Shown here one piece after another: positions 27,335 to 40,439 of a stretch of 64,000 nt of DNA. The position numbers and the translations under genes were made by a program. The stretch's first letter is position 1; each line of letters begins with the position of its first letter. Below the pieces are notes generated by a model. That model saw nothing but the letters and a program-made list of their open reading frames with translations, had not been told where the DNA came from and did not search any database. The stretch covers positions 6,696,001 to 6,760,000 of the forward strand of contig CDRNST010000046.1 in NCBI GenBank assembly GCA_977016875.1. Reading direction: 5' to 3'. Source of the DNA: Pavona decussata (lineage: Eukaryota).

Positions 27335-28362
27335 GGGCCTCTTCATATGATCCCGGTTACCGGGATGGCTCGGTAAGCGGGATGAATTTGCAGTCCGTTC
27401 ATATGGGAAATTTCATCCCGGTTACCGAGATGAAAAGTGGTGACGCGGTCAATCGAGCGTGACATTTACCGAACAAGCCCGGCAAGAATTTTTCATTTTT
27501 ATCGGTTCTACAAACCTCAAAAGTATTATATCTTTATCTCTACTAGGAAAAGGAATTATTTTGAACTCGAACATCTCAGAAATGAGCCGTAATAATCAAA
27601 TATATCCGTTCTAAGACGCGAATGTTTGGTTTTAGACTTCATCCCGGTAACCGGGATACCGTGTTCATATGAGGAAATTTTCGTCCCGGACTTCCGAGAT
27701 CTCGGGGCCTCTTCATATGATCCCGGTTGACCGGGCTAGCCCGCTTACCGAGATCTCGCCTCATTCCTATTTCTTTTGTAAAAAATTCGATGTGTACATA
27801 TGAGAAGGCGGGCCAGCCCGGTTACCGAGATCTCGGTTTCAGCGACCGAGATCTCGGGAGTCCGGGACGAAAATTTTCTCATATGAACACGGTATCCCGG
27901 TTACCGGGATGAAGTCTATAACTAAACATTCGCGTCTTAGAACGAATATATTTGATTATTACGGCTCATTTCTGAGATGTTCTAGTTCAAAATAATTCCT
28001 TTTCGTAGTAGAGATAAAGATATAATACTTTTGAGGTTTGTAGAACCGATAAAAATGAAAAATTCTTGCCTGGCTTGTTCGGTAAATGTCACGCTCGATT
28101 GACCGCGTCACCACTTTTCATCTCGATAATCGGGATGAAATTTCCCATATAAACGGACTGCAAAATTCATCCCGCTTACCGAGCCATCCCGGTAACCGGG
28201 ATCATATGAAGAGGCCCTCGATCGCTGAAACCGAGATCTCGGTAACCGGGCTGGCCCGCCTTCTCATGTGAACACATCGAATTTTTTACAAAAGAAATAT
28301 GAATGAGGCGAGATCTCGGTAAGCGGGTTAGCCCGGTCAACCGGGATCACATGAAGAGGCCC
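27335..28362. mobile_element. PIF/Harbinger-type MITE (outer copy, about 512 bp without the insert), TSD TCA
   Basis: TIR GGGCCTCTTCATATGATCCCGGTT at 27335 and its near-complement ending at 28362. TCA on both flanks (27332-34, 28363-65). Confidence 0.85.
27705..28217. mobile_element. Same-family MITE (513 bp) nested in opposite orientation, TSD TCG
   Basis: Same TIRs, TCG at 27702-04 and 28218-20, sequence nearly the reverse complement of the outer copy. Confidence 0.85.
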
Positions 28363-28549
28363 TCAGTAGTCGTGGACAATGTTGTCCAGTGGCGTAGTTC
28401 GCTGATTTAGCATCAAAGGGTTCCAGGTTCTACTACTATACTTGGTGGGACTGAAATTGCTTCGGTAAGTCAGTCCATCGTAACCTGCGTAGCAGGTGCC
28501 CCTTTGGGATTTCTCAGTGTGTGTTTCCCTTTTTAACCCTGTCATATTA

Positions 28550-29518
28550 CAGTCGAACCAGGTCAAGCGTACCCCCCTAGATTCTATTAATGAATCTATT
28601 ACTTGAAAATTGAGCCCGTTAGTCGTTTCAAGTATTCAAATCAAAATTAGATTTCTGATTGGATTATACGAACAATGCATGAAACCAGAAAACCAGAAAG
28701 CCCGCGGGAAAGACCCTCTCAATATATTCAGAGCGGCAATTCTTGATTTATATAACTGGATTTTCCAAAAAGCAGATTTCTCGTGATTTACAGCGGTCAA
28801 CGCGTACTGTCAGAAAGAAAATTCGCCATTTCAAACCAGGCACGGTGTAAGTGGGTCCTGTCGCGTAAGTTTAAACTCACTAATGATCACTAAATGGACA
28901 TTTTACGTTTGTACACTTGCGTTTTTTCCGCTACTGAGTTATTCAAAAACAAAAATGAAAAAGGACTGGAAGCGTTTTATCATAATAAACGGTTCTCTTT
29001 TTGAGGTATATGCAAATTAAGTTAGCGAAAAGTATGCGAACTCACAGTGAAAGATGTTCATTTCAGTTGACCTTCGACAATGGCAGCACATGTGTTGCGC
29101 TATTCGTCGCGGTATAATGGACAGTCTGGTGAAATAATAATATATACCAAACTTTTTCATGCTACAAGGTGGGTAATGCTACACATGAAGGACAAATTTT
29201 TCAACCCGACTCATTTGCAAGCGCTTGACTTTGTGCTCTTGCCATGACCAAATTTGCATAACGAATTACATGAATGTGTCAACAACATGCAGGAACAGTT
29301 TGAACAAACGAGCTGTTTCAAATGTACTGTAGTTTGAATTTTACAGGCTATTGCTTTTACTGTTAGCGCGGATCTTTGTTCTACCAATTTTAATTTGGAC
29401 ATTGATCCGCGCTAACAATGAATAAATGAATGCTTTTTTGAAACGACTAATGGGTTCAATTTTCAATAATCGATCCATTAATAGAGTCTAGTGGGGTACG
29501 CTTGACCTGGTTCAACTG
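28550..29518. mobile_element. Tc1/mariner (pogo/Tigger-like) non-autonomous element, TA TSD
   Basis: TA-CAGTCGAACCAGGTCAAGCGTACCCC ... GGGGTACGCTTGACCTGGTTCAACTG-TA with an imperfect TIR of about 80 bp. Confidence 0.8.
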
Positions 29519-32500
29519 TAAGTTATGATGTATCATTCTAGTGAACTCCATCATTGCAGCTTGAGAGGTCTATATAGATAGTAAACTTTATAGACTTAAA
29601 TTAGCAGAGTGAAAAACTCAATCAAGCTTTCAGACATTTTAATGTCTAAAAGTTAAATATTCTCCTATTCTTAACAGAATATTTGTTTTCTTAATGAGCT
29701 CTTTATGGCCTAAGATACCTGCATTATACTAAAAGTTTACTGCAGATGCACAAATTTCTTGTTATAAATGACTGGTTTTCTTAACAGGCATCTGAACTAA
29801 GTTGTTGTAGAAACTTAGAATGAATATGGCTTTGTACAGTAGCGGTAGTATACCAGCGCAAGTTGCTCCCAGGCAGCGCTTGTTGTTCTGTAACGTTGTT
29901 TCGGGTCTTCCTTCACGCGTTCACCTTTTTCAATAACTTGGGAGTAAAGCGCTATCGTGAGGAAAGAGACCGATTTTTCTCTAGAAACTGAGCGGGACTC
30001 TAAGAGATAATATGAAAATAGAATGACAGCTTCTGAGAAATCGCAAGACAACGGCGCGAAATGCTTTTCAAATTTCCCCGAAATAAGCTTCAGGTAAAAG
30101 AGGATGTTAAATTGAGCATCTGTGTGGGATTCTGTACCGAAAGTGAAATTTAAAAGTTTTAACATATTTTGCCTGATCATTTTAATTAACATGATTGATT
30201 TCGTTTTGGGACACTCAAGTTGGAGAAAAGCAAAATTCAATACTTGACTGACAGATTTCAGGTACAAGGGAAATTCTACTACGCTGGTATTGGTGCATAG
30301 AAAATCTGCCTTAACTTTTTTCGTCTCCTAGCGTACACTCTCCAGACAAGTCCGTTTACATTTCTTTCCAAATAAATAGTTTAATTTTACAAAGTACCTA
30401 ATGACGAACTCGAAGTTCGGCCTTCTCCGTTCCGCCGTTTTTGAAGAGCCTGGAGACGGAATACTCAACAAATTGCAGTTTCAAACTAAACTCGACGACC
30501 TTCTGACTAAAAAATATGACTTTTTAGCGATTTGAAGGGTTATACTAAATCTCTTCTGGCGTTTAGTTAACGAGCATACACAAACCCTCTAATTTTCTGA
30601 ACAAAAAATACACCAAAACACTAAGGCTGAGTTATGTTTACGCACAAACCCTTCAACTCAAGAAAATTCGCCATCTTGTACCAGCATAAGCCATCATTGA
30701 AACACAATACCTAAGTTTTGTTTCCATGCATATTAGTTTCGAACTGAAAAGTAAATATTTCTCACAATATTTCCCGTTAACACCAAAAAGATTGTATTCT
30801 TATATTTCGAAACTAAAAACGATTACGCAGTTCCATTGTGTGGAACACTCGGCATCGCAAAACATATTTTAAGTGTAAACTGTTATCTACTTTAAGCAAC
30901 GAGTTTAGACGCTATAAAAATATTATAAAACGTGTTTTACCGACGAAAAATACATAAAAAACATAGCCAACGCATATATCACTGATTATCCGGCACAAAA
31001 TAAAGTAGAGCCGAACTGATCGCGGAGTTCATTTGGGTAGACTTTAAGATACCTAAAGTTCTACGGAAGTTGAAAACGCGATAAACAATTGCAATTTCAA
31101 ACTCAACCAGCAGCGATAACTATCAAGTTACTCCTAAACACCAAATGTTAAAGAAACAAAACTGTTGCCACTACTACACAGGGTCACAACAAAAAAAAAA
31201 TTAAAAGCAAAATACTTAAAATATTGTCTCTCCTTTCTCCTGTTCGTTTTGTTTTTTATCTGTTCGAATGCTTTGGCTGAAAATTCAAGCTGCATATAAT
31301 TTTAAGGAGTCGAATCTTATTTCCCAAATTTACGAGATGTTATTGGCTTTACTAAAATGCTCGCTGACCTGATTTTGCATTTCTAAGGACAAACTATTTT
31401 AATAACCCTTCGAAAACGAAAGAATTAATGTTAGAGTGGTAGGAACTTTCGGGCGGACATTTTAGATTTTCTTTACAATCATATATTCCGAATTTCCTAG
31501 AAAGATATCCACCGAATTAAACCGCTAGGTGCCCAAGGTAGATGACTATCCTGAAACGTTCAAATTTCCCTTGTAATAAGTTAAATTCGCTTTAATTTTT
31601 ATGTGTAAAGTAACAACCTTTTAAGCTCTGAGTATCATATCTAGCACTGACAGGTAATGACTTACCACTGCTGTTCCAAACTGATCCTTCTTGAAGATTT
31701 CTGAATGATTCTGCAACGAAGAAGTTCGAGACAAATAATTTACACGTTACCCGATTTAAAGATAATTATTATCTTCCAATGTATTTGACAAAATCAGATC
31801 ACCACAGCCGACGCCTGTTACGAACTACAAAGGCTGGGTAGAACCGGATTGAAAATTTAGGGATATTGGCATCAAAGTGTGTACGCAATAAATTTGATCA
31901 CTTTACAAAATTTACCTTAAACTGCTACCAAGGAATGACCTAATTCCAGACCAAGCGTTTACTGTTACCTTATTGCTAAGCACCTGTATGAAAGATCGCT
32001 TTCAACTTAAGCTGTGACCACTATCAGAACCTAAGGCAAATTGAAAGATTATACTGAGGAAAGTGTGTTTTAAAAGTCATTGTTATTTCAGATCGATGAT
32101 TGTCACATTATCTCAGAACAAAAATAGAAACTTCAAATGAGCAGAGGATCTTATGACTCAATCTGTTTAATTTCGATTAATTCACAGCTAATTTAAACAA
32201 TTTGTATTCCACTGCTCAAGGAAGAAGAAAAACAGTTATTCATTATCTTAATTACAACAAGCTCAGCAAAGAGGTTGTTGTGGTTTTAATTTCAACCTCT
32301 AGGTATTCAATTCGTTTTTAAATTTCAAAATGCTTTGTTTTTAGTTGATCGAGTAGCGAATGTTTCATTTTCTAGTTTTGGTTCCTAATGTCTTCCATTT
32401 CTAGTGTTTTGCTTTCGACAGTCCCTTTTCCCTAGGCCTAGCATATCGTTCACAAAGCACTCCTCATAATCAAGTCCAGAGAGCGGTAGTTTAAACGTCA

Positions 32501-33475
32501 CCACATGTCGCTTCGCTGCAAATCGTACCGAAACGTCTAACCTTTTGTCGATATTTATTTACAAAGCGCCTGTTACAAGACTGATAACCTTACCAGCAGG
32601 GTTAACAATAATCACGTGTGTATAAACAAATTTTCAGATAGGATCAATTTCCGAATATAGAGTTAGTCTGAGTAGCCTGCGAGCAATATCTCTATTAGGT
32701 CAGCAGCGACAGATTGGCCCAATCTTCTCCCGGTTGACTCTAATAGAGAGCTTGCTCTCAGCTTGGCTGCAGACTGAGTAAAACACCAGTTGAAATATTA
32801 TGATTGAAGTTTGTATTCTGAACTAAAGTGCTTCGCTGTAAAGATGGAGAAACATGTTACATCCTTGCCAACAAATTAAGTTTAGCTGTACAACGAACGG
32901 GTAAAATCTTAAACAAAGTACATGGAATTTGATGGAGATCGAAACATGCACTTCAAGCTTGAGAATATTGAAACTCCATTCGTCGAGCTATCATGGCAAT
33001 GATGAACCACCACAAGACGATGAATACTGTCTCGTACATTTTGTACTTTCTGTCAGTCCGTTCACAGCGAAGTGAAGTGCATAATGCAAATTTGAAACAG
33101 TCAGCAAAACATGTTTACAGTCTGATGGCATCACGTGCAAAACACTGTTACACTCTGATGGTATCACGTGCAAAACACGTTTAAAATCTAATGACATCAC
33201 GTGTCTTACTCTGATGCCTTTTCAGCCATCTTATTTCAGCAATCTGATGTGTTTGCAATTTGTGACAAACATGGAATGTTACTTACACCGGAAAACAAAT
33301 ATTTTGGTGGAGAAAAAAGCTTGTTACTGACTCCCTCAGGGATATGTAATATACTTCCTTCGGGTGCGGCACGGAGGAATATTTCACATATCTCCTCATT
33401 GCATGTTAATGGACCCCTCGGAATGTAATGAGAATTAATACCCTCCCCCCTCCCTCCCTGTACAAGTTTGATGGA

Positions 33476-35912
33476 TGTCATATGTCTTGTTGGAGAGTTT
33501 TGGTTGCATGCTTGCCGCTTCCAGGCTTTCCTTTTCGGAGTAAGCAACAGCTGTCGTTTGAATTGAGCGCAGGAACTTTAAACTAATTGGCAAAATAAAA
33601 AATGCGAGGTAAATCATTGTGCAAATAAAACGACCTAAATTAATTTTTTCAGTCAAAAGAAATGTCAAATCGCAATAGACCGTTTTCGTAGTCCTCCATA
33701 TATATTGAACTGGAATTAGCTGACACACGAGGATTGAGCGGGGAATCTTTTCACTTGCAAATATTTTCTAAATATAATCCCACCGCAAGAGCCTCCATTG
33801 TAAGCTAGATCCAGTTTAATACAAGAAATACCAATTAACATGGTCCATTCGTGCGGCAGGGATATCAGTCTTATAAAAAGAAAAATGGTCCATTGAGTTT
33901 GTCGATAGCGATAATTTGTCATAGATAAGAGACGCTCAGAGAATGTAATTGGTAATGTCATCAGAATTATACGGATAAAGGATAGTCAACCAAACCTCGC
34001 CCCTCACCCCACCCCCGCGCAAATAATAAATGCAAGAGAAAATATTGTTGGTCTCATCTGAATGCCAGTAACAAGCTATGTTCTCTTTCGTATGCGCCGC
34101 AATTTTCTAAACTCCAGCTTCAAATTTATTGGGGCTGATATTTTTGAAGTCAAATTTGAACAAGAACAGAAAAGTGTGGCGTAAAGATTTCATTTTCCCT
34201 TATTTGGCTAAATTCATAGCACCACTTTTTTGTCCACTCTACGCGCCCCTCCCGAGAACTTCGACGTCGAGATTTCTTTCTTTCTTTCTTTCTTTTTTTG
34301 TTTTTGTTACGCCCAACAAAAATTCCTAGGGTGAAGTTAGTTCCTTTTCGACTCTTAATGAAACATTATAAACCCGGCACCCGAGTGGTATCCAATGAGA
34401 AAACGAACAGCAATGGCTTAGTAATATTTTATTACACAAGCTTATAAAAGTTACGCTTGTATACGCTACACTAATTGCTCCATTAAGGTGGGTGTTGTCA
34501 TGGTAACGGAATGACTTTATTCTGGTCAGAGACTAATAATCTGGCTTCATGCCGCGTCTAATCGGTTTCGTGCCGAAAGGAGAATCGCGATTTGCGATGT
34601 GAGATTTCTGAACAAAAACAGAGGCACAACAACGAACGGACATAAACTCGTACAGGTTGAAACACGTCCCGGTGGCCGTCCCGGTATCATATAAACACCC
34701 CCTTACTTGCTACCTTTTTTGCTTGCCTGCTGAGTCGCTCGCTTGCTTCTACTAAGACTGAAACTGTAAGATTGAAAAAAAAACAAAAAAACAAAGCAAA
34801 CAAAAAGAGAAACAACCACAGCTCTTTTAAACATAAAAACAAACACCTAACCTAACCCAAATCCCAAATTGGAGTTAATTAGCCTTGAGTAACCAAGCCT
34901 TGGTGTGCGTTTCTCAAAACTCCTGAAAATATTGTAGGCCCGAAAAGTCATTTTACAAATACGAATTTTCGTTACTAAGAAAATCTATTTTGATCAGATT
35001 GAAAGCTAAAACGTTGAAAACTTTGCAATATTAAGAAACATTGGGCCGGTTTGCACTGAAAACTAACATGAATCGATTTGAGTAAGAGTACTCCTCGAGC
35101 CCGCCTCAGTTTTCGGAAGCCTTGTATATTCGTACACTTACGACTATTCAGCTGTCTCTTAGATTAATCGGTTACACAACAATAACGGTAGATTAAAGCC
35201 TAGAGCGAGTTGTCTGACTACTTTAGTATAACCATAACCATGTAACAGATAAAATTTTAAGAGAGTTATTCCTTACTAGCTGGAGTTTGTGCGTTCAGCA
35301 TTTTACCTCACACAGCTCCCAGGGGATATCGAACATTGCAAGGCCCACGTTTACCCAACCAGATTGCAAGCCTGCACGTCGGTGGCCGGGTCATACCGCT
35401 TATAATCTAAGACAAGCCCTTAAAGAGATTCTAGTTCGTATCACAAATTACCATATTACAAGTAATATATCAATTTCATAAATTGAAATCAATTTCTTGG
35501 TCCATGTAATTTTCATACCCATGAAACTCCTCTGAGAAAAAATGACAAGCACGTGTTTTGCGACTTAGTTATTGTATGTAAAGAAGACTTGAAAAATCAA
35601 CTTTACACTGTCCCGTGCTTTGAGAATGCTAGAAATGTCACTCTTTAAAGCTTCGTTATTAAAATATTTCAGTTTCCAAAGTAGTTCAAAATAGGTCAAT
35701 GCACTATCTTGTTTGACTCAAGTAACTTCACTTGTTCTAATTAAATTAACATTTGATTAAAACTTAATCTTTACTACTCTTTTGCGTATCAAGCAAGGAT
35801 AGCTTGAAAAAACATATATACAATACTGGTACTACAGTTACAATACTATTGAGAGAAGACGGAACATTTCTATTCTTCTCATCCTGATACTAAAATAGCA
35901 AAATTACAGTTA
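33476..35912 (+). repeat. Segmental duplication block, copy B, interrupted by about 1.5 kb (33945-35421) absent from copy A
   Basis: Copy A runs ...AGAGAG-AAAGAGATTCGAGTTCGTATC contiguously. In copy B the two halves are separated. Confidence 0.8.
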
Positions 35913-37516
35913 AGGGTATCGAGGACCAGGAGGTCTAAAATTTACCACAGAGAAAATATCTCACCAGGTCCTGTTTACTTAGTCTGTTACCATGAGGTAT
36001 ATGTACGCAACAACAGAAACTTGTATTGTTCAGATCATTTTACCAAAGACAATACGTGGATTAATAGAGGAAGATCTGCATAGGGGTGACTGATAGCTGA
36101 GAATTACTGGCCAAATCTTAACAGTTACCAAAGAAATGGGGGTTTCTTTAACCGATAACTGAGAAGCGTTAGGAAGACTGTTAGCTGAGGAGATGTTTAA
36201 ACTTAACCTGAGTATAGTGGGAATTTACTTGCGAATATTTTGCAAATAACTGTGTAGTTTATGCCTGGAGAATAAGTTGCCAACAAAGATGGCTCCGAGC
36301 TCCTCACGTGAAGTTGTTTCTAGAAGTCGTAAAGTCGTCAGTAGATGATAAACGGCGTTCGTAAAGGTTCGAAAAACACTGGAATCACTTGAAAGTTCAT
36401 CGGAAATCTTTGGATGATACTCGGCGCTGTTCGGCAAATTAGATGGACAACGTTGAAACGAAACAAAACCGCAAAAGTAAAAGTTAACTGAGATTCGGCA
36501 TAACTAAATTGTAGCTCCTGAAAATGGCTGAAGTTTTAGCTGATCATGAACGTTGACAAATAACTTTATAATTAATTTCAACTCCAGCACCCTCACGCAG
36601 ACCCTCTTAATACAATAAATGCATAAATTAATTCGCTCATGGAGACTCCCGTTTTATTTACTGTTGACGTAATGTGACGTGCTAAAGTGCAAAATACTGC
36701 CTGTCTTGCTGTTTTATATGATAGGTTATACCAGCTCCCAACAATTCCAAACATAAGTGGTGATATGAATTTTCGCATGTTGACGAACTTTGGCTAGATG
36801 GCTTCTGAATGCTAATAAGTTCTTACAGATATATTAATGTCGCCCTTCAATCCGCTCTTATCATAAATATCAGCTTCTAAACCCAAAAAGACAGTGCCTA
36901 ATCTAATATAGAGGGATTTTTGCACAGTTTATGATTATGCGGGAAAAGTAGATCTTAGTAAGGACTTCAAGCATCCAAAACAGAAAATTAGGGGTAGCCA
37001 CGCATTTTTCAGAGATGTTAAGCAAAATTAATTCTAAAAAAGCTTTTACATAACAAAGTATTGGTTCTTTTTCAAACTGAAGCTTGATTATCTCTGAAAA
37101 TGCTTGGTTCAATTTTGTTTTGAATTTCAACAAGGTTTCCTTAGATTTGCTTTTCACGCATAGTGACATTAAACCATGCAAAAATGTTCGTTGTATTTTT
37201 GCCTTGAACGTAGAAAGAACGCACTCCTAATACAAATTGGAGTCGAGATTGCATGGAACAGTCGATCGATCAACGAATGGATCTTGGGACGCTTATCTGG
37301 CATCCCCCACAGACTTTGCAGGGGCGGATGACATCATCACCATGCAACTTGGCAAAGAGCCTGGGATCGAGATCAACGAACGCATCCCTAATCTTTGATT
37401 ATTACTAGTTATTAAGTAGGCACCGTCCTTAAGAAGCCCAAGATGCGCAGAACAAAAGCGCAGAATCAAATTGGGACACTGTCCTTAAAGTTGGTTTCTG
37501 AAGCTACGTTACAGAG

Positions 37517-38917
37517 TTAAGCTGGGTGATGTTCGATTGCCATCCAGATGCAATCATTATCGCAGTAATACTAATGCCATCCATAGAACAGATCGCCATT
37601 TTCTTTGACTCCGGTAAACGGTTCATGGGTAAAGCCTGGCGCCATTATCACATCTTCATACATAGTCGTAAAATCATTGGCGTGGAACTTCTGCATTCTT
37701 CCTGTTCCATAGATCTGGGTGTGAACCTCCAGCATCTCTGGGTTTGTGTGGTGATTGTGGAGTCCACAGTGTGTCTTTCCTGGACTGAACCACACGTTAA
37801 CTTTTATGTTGTACTTCTTGACCCCACCTCCCTGGCTTGGCTGCTCAGATCCGGTCACTTTATAGGGATCAAACTCAACTGTCCCCACGTCAAACTGTGG
37901 TGACTTGTACAGCGGGACATCCCGAGGGTAAGTCGGGTTTAGGACCGACAAGTGGTGCCAGCCTTCGTCATGGATCATGCCGCCAATATTGGTTCCATCC
38001 GGGAGTTTGATCAAGATGAGGGACTTGGCACTTATGATGCTCACACCTGTGGAAACAAAGTACAGTCGAACCTGTATTGGGTCTGTATAAAACGGAACCG
38101 TATCAAGCGGTCACCCTCAATTAAACGTCCCAAAAACTAGTTCTCGACCTCTATCAAGAGGTCACCATCTATTAAGCCATGGCCAAGCCTTGATCCTCTT
38201 TAAACGGTCACTTTGTGAATGAAAACCACTTAAATGTAGTGACGAATAGCCTGCCTTGAGACTGCCTTGAACTGTTCAATGTAAATGTTTTGTTAGTCTG
38301 TTTTATGACACATTCTCCTTTGTCATACCCGTTTTATCGTTGCAGTTTTTAACCGAGTAAGTGATTTTGTGTGCGCTATTGTTCATAAACTGTACATTAA
38401 GTTAACAAATGTGGAATGAAGTGGCATTTTCATTGTGTTTGTCCTCTTGTATATTCTGTGATCAGCTAGCAATTCCCCGAGGGTGACCGCTTAATAAAGG
38501 TTTCATTGTACTTATAGAAAACGATTCTGAACAGCAGAGTGAAACCGAATCAGGATCAGTAGTATTGAATAAAACGAGAAACCAAATGCAAGGCTGATCG
38601 GACAGCTAAAAAGGATCATTTTATTGCCCAATATTTTGATTAGACAAAACTAACCTCCTTTAGGAGCTGCAAAAAGCTAAGTGAAAATGGAAATAACCGG
38701 TCACAATATTTAAAATGATACTAATGAAAAGCTGAGATATTATTCGTAGAATAAATAGAAAGCAGAAACTCGTAATGAAATGCAATAGAGATATAGACAG
38801 AATAACATTCATCGCGTTTCTTCATCCCATAGTGTTCAAGAGTCTTGCCCTTGGAAATTACAAATGCAAACTCCTTCATCAGGTTGCCATGTCAACGAAC
38901 CAGCTCAACTCGCAGGC
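37517..38917 (-). pseudogene. Aldos-2-ulose dehydratase/isomerase (AUDH) cupin-domain gene: terminal exon 38046-37517, probable upstream exon 38917-38807, with premature stops
   Basis: VNVWFSPGKTHCGLHNHH...LEVHTQIYGTGRMQKF...MYEDVIMAPGFTHEPF...YGWH*YYCDNDCIWMAIEHHPA* matches the AUDH-cupin pattern as recalled (NLWF...CGIHN.H..EVHTQ..G.G.MQKF...WHQY.ADTDCIW.AIE). Acceptor TTTCCACAG at 38047. In-frame TAG at 37571-73 where Gln is expected. The phase-compatible upstream exon has a TGA at 38892-94. Confidence 0.75.
38063..38508. mobile_element. pogo/Tigger-like MITE in the intron of the AUDH-cupin gene
   Basis: TA-CAGTCGAACC...AAGCGGTCACCCTC at the left end and GAGGGTGACCGCTTAATAAAGGTTTCATTG-TA at the right end. 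Confidence 0.65.
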
Positions 38918-40439
38918 CTGCACGTTAAAGATTTGTTGCATAGGAAAGCAAACATTTTTGTGGTAAAATCTAAACGGGAGAATAAAAATCGGTGAAAAAA
39001 GTCAAGAAATCAAGAAATACTTTCCTCCGAGTGAGAATGATACGCCTTGTACAGTCCTGGTTATCCAAGTCGAAGTCTTAGTTGTCCAACAAAACAGTTG
39101 TACACGAACGAAACGGTCTTTCAAAAATAGGTCGAATTCACAAGAAGCGTCTAAATGGTGAGTGATTTTAATACGGCGGTGGCTGTTTGTCAGCGGGAAA
39201 CACAGTCCTTCTCTTTGTACTCGTGCTGTAGGTGCAAACGGGTCTTTCCGAGCTGGTGTTGTGATTACGGTGGTATGAACGCTTTAGTAGAATTGCTCTG
39301 TTGAACTAATAGAGCTAAAATAGCATGTGGTACATGTGACGTTCAATTTGTTTGGTTTTTTCACATTCTATTATAATACTACTGAGGTGAAAAAGTTTCA
39401 TTTGCAGCCACACAATGATATCAGTGAGGAATCAATGCAGTCGATGACCAATCGAACGCATCATTGGCCGAATTTATCCTGGAGACGAGTTATCCGTCTC
39501 AGACGGATAATTCGTCCAGATATAAATTCAAAGTCGAGACAAATTACACTGGGGAAAAATTCGTCTTCGGTTGATTCTTTCATAAGCACGTCTTCAGACA
39601 GATAACTTGTTTAACACGGATAATTCGTCTCTAAATTTATATCTAGATTTAAACGAGGACGGTTTTGGTAACCTCGTTCCCAGGGTCTCTCCTCCTCTCG
39701 TCCCACATTGCCAACTATTCAGGGTCTTCTTTAAAGAGTTCAGCATCACGTCAAAATTTAAATCTTTTTTTAGCCGAACATTGTAAGTAGCCTAAGATCA
39801 TTATAGGCTCTCGTTTACCTTAGTTATTCTAGGTAAAGGAAAGTTGTTGTTTTTTGGCGTTATTACTATGTTTCATACAACTCAATATCGTGTCGTTCGT
39901 TTCTTTTTTGTAGTGGCTTGTGTTCCTTTTCTCCTCCCGTTCCTTACCGTGACCAGAAGGGAAATCTAAACCATGCCCTACAACCTGTCTCAGGACGGGT
40001 TCCTGGTCCGGCCGGGCTGGTGGGTGTTACCCTCCATCTTTTTTCTTATGTTTTCCATTGTTTGGGGTATACCGTTGTAGGGTTAGTCATTCCCCTTTTC
40101 TTTTATTTTTTCATCTTTTTCATCCAAGGTCACGCCCCTCAGGTCTTTTGCGAACAAACTTAAAAGTCTTTAGCACTGCCATCGCCAAGTCGTTTGGTGC
40201 GATTGGGAGGGTAAACCCACTAGCTGGGCCGGACCCCTTCCTTCCGTGGATATGGTAACTCGGGGCCTAGCTTTTGCCTCTCCATCAATGTTACGCTTTC
40301 GGAAGCCTTACAACTTTGTCGCTGGAAACCTGTCAGTGTGCCCTCTTCCGTTTCATTTTCAGTTTATTTATTTATTTATTTATTTTTTCTTGCCCATCGT
40401 TACAAGATAAATGATCTTAATTAAGATTTAAACAGAAAT

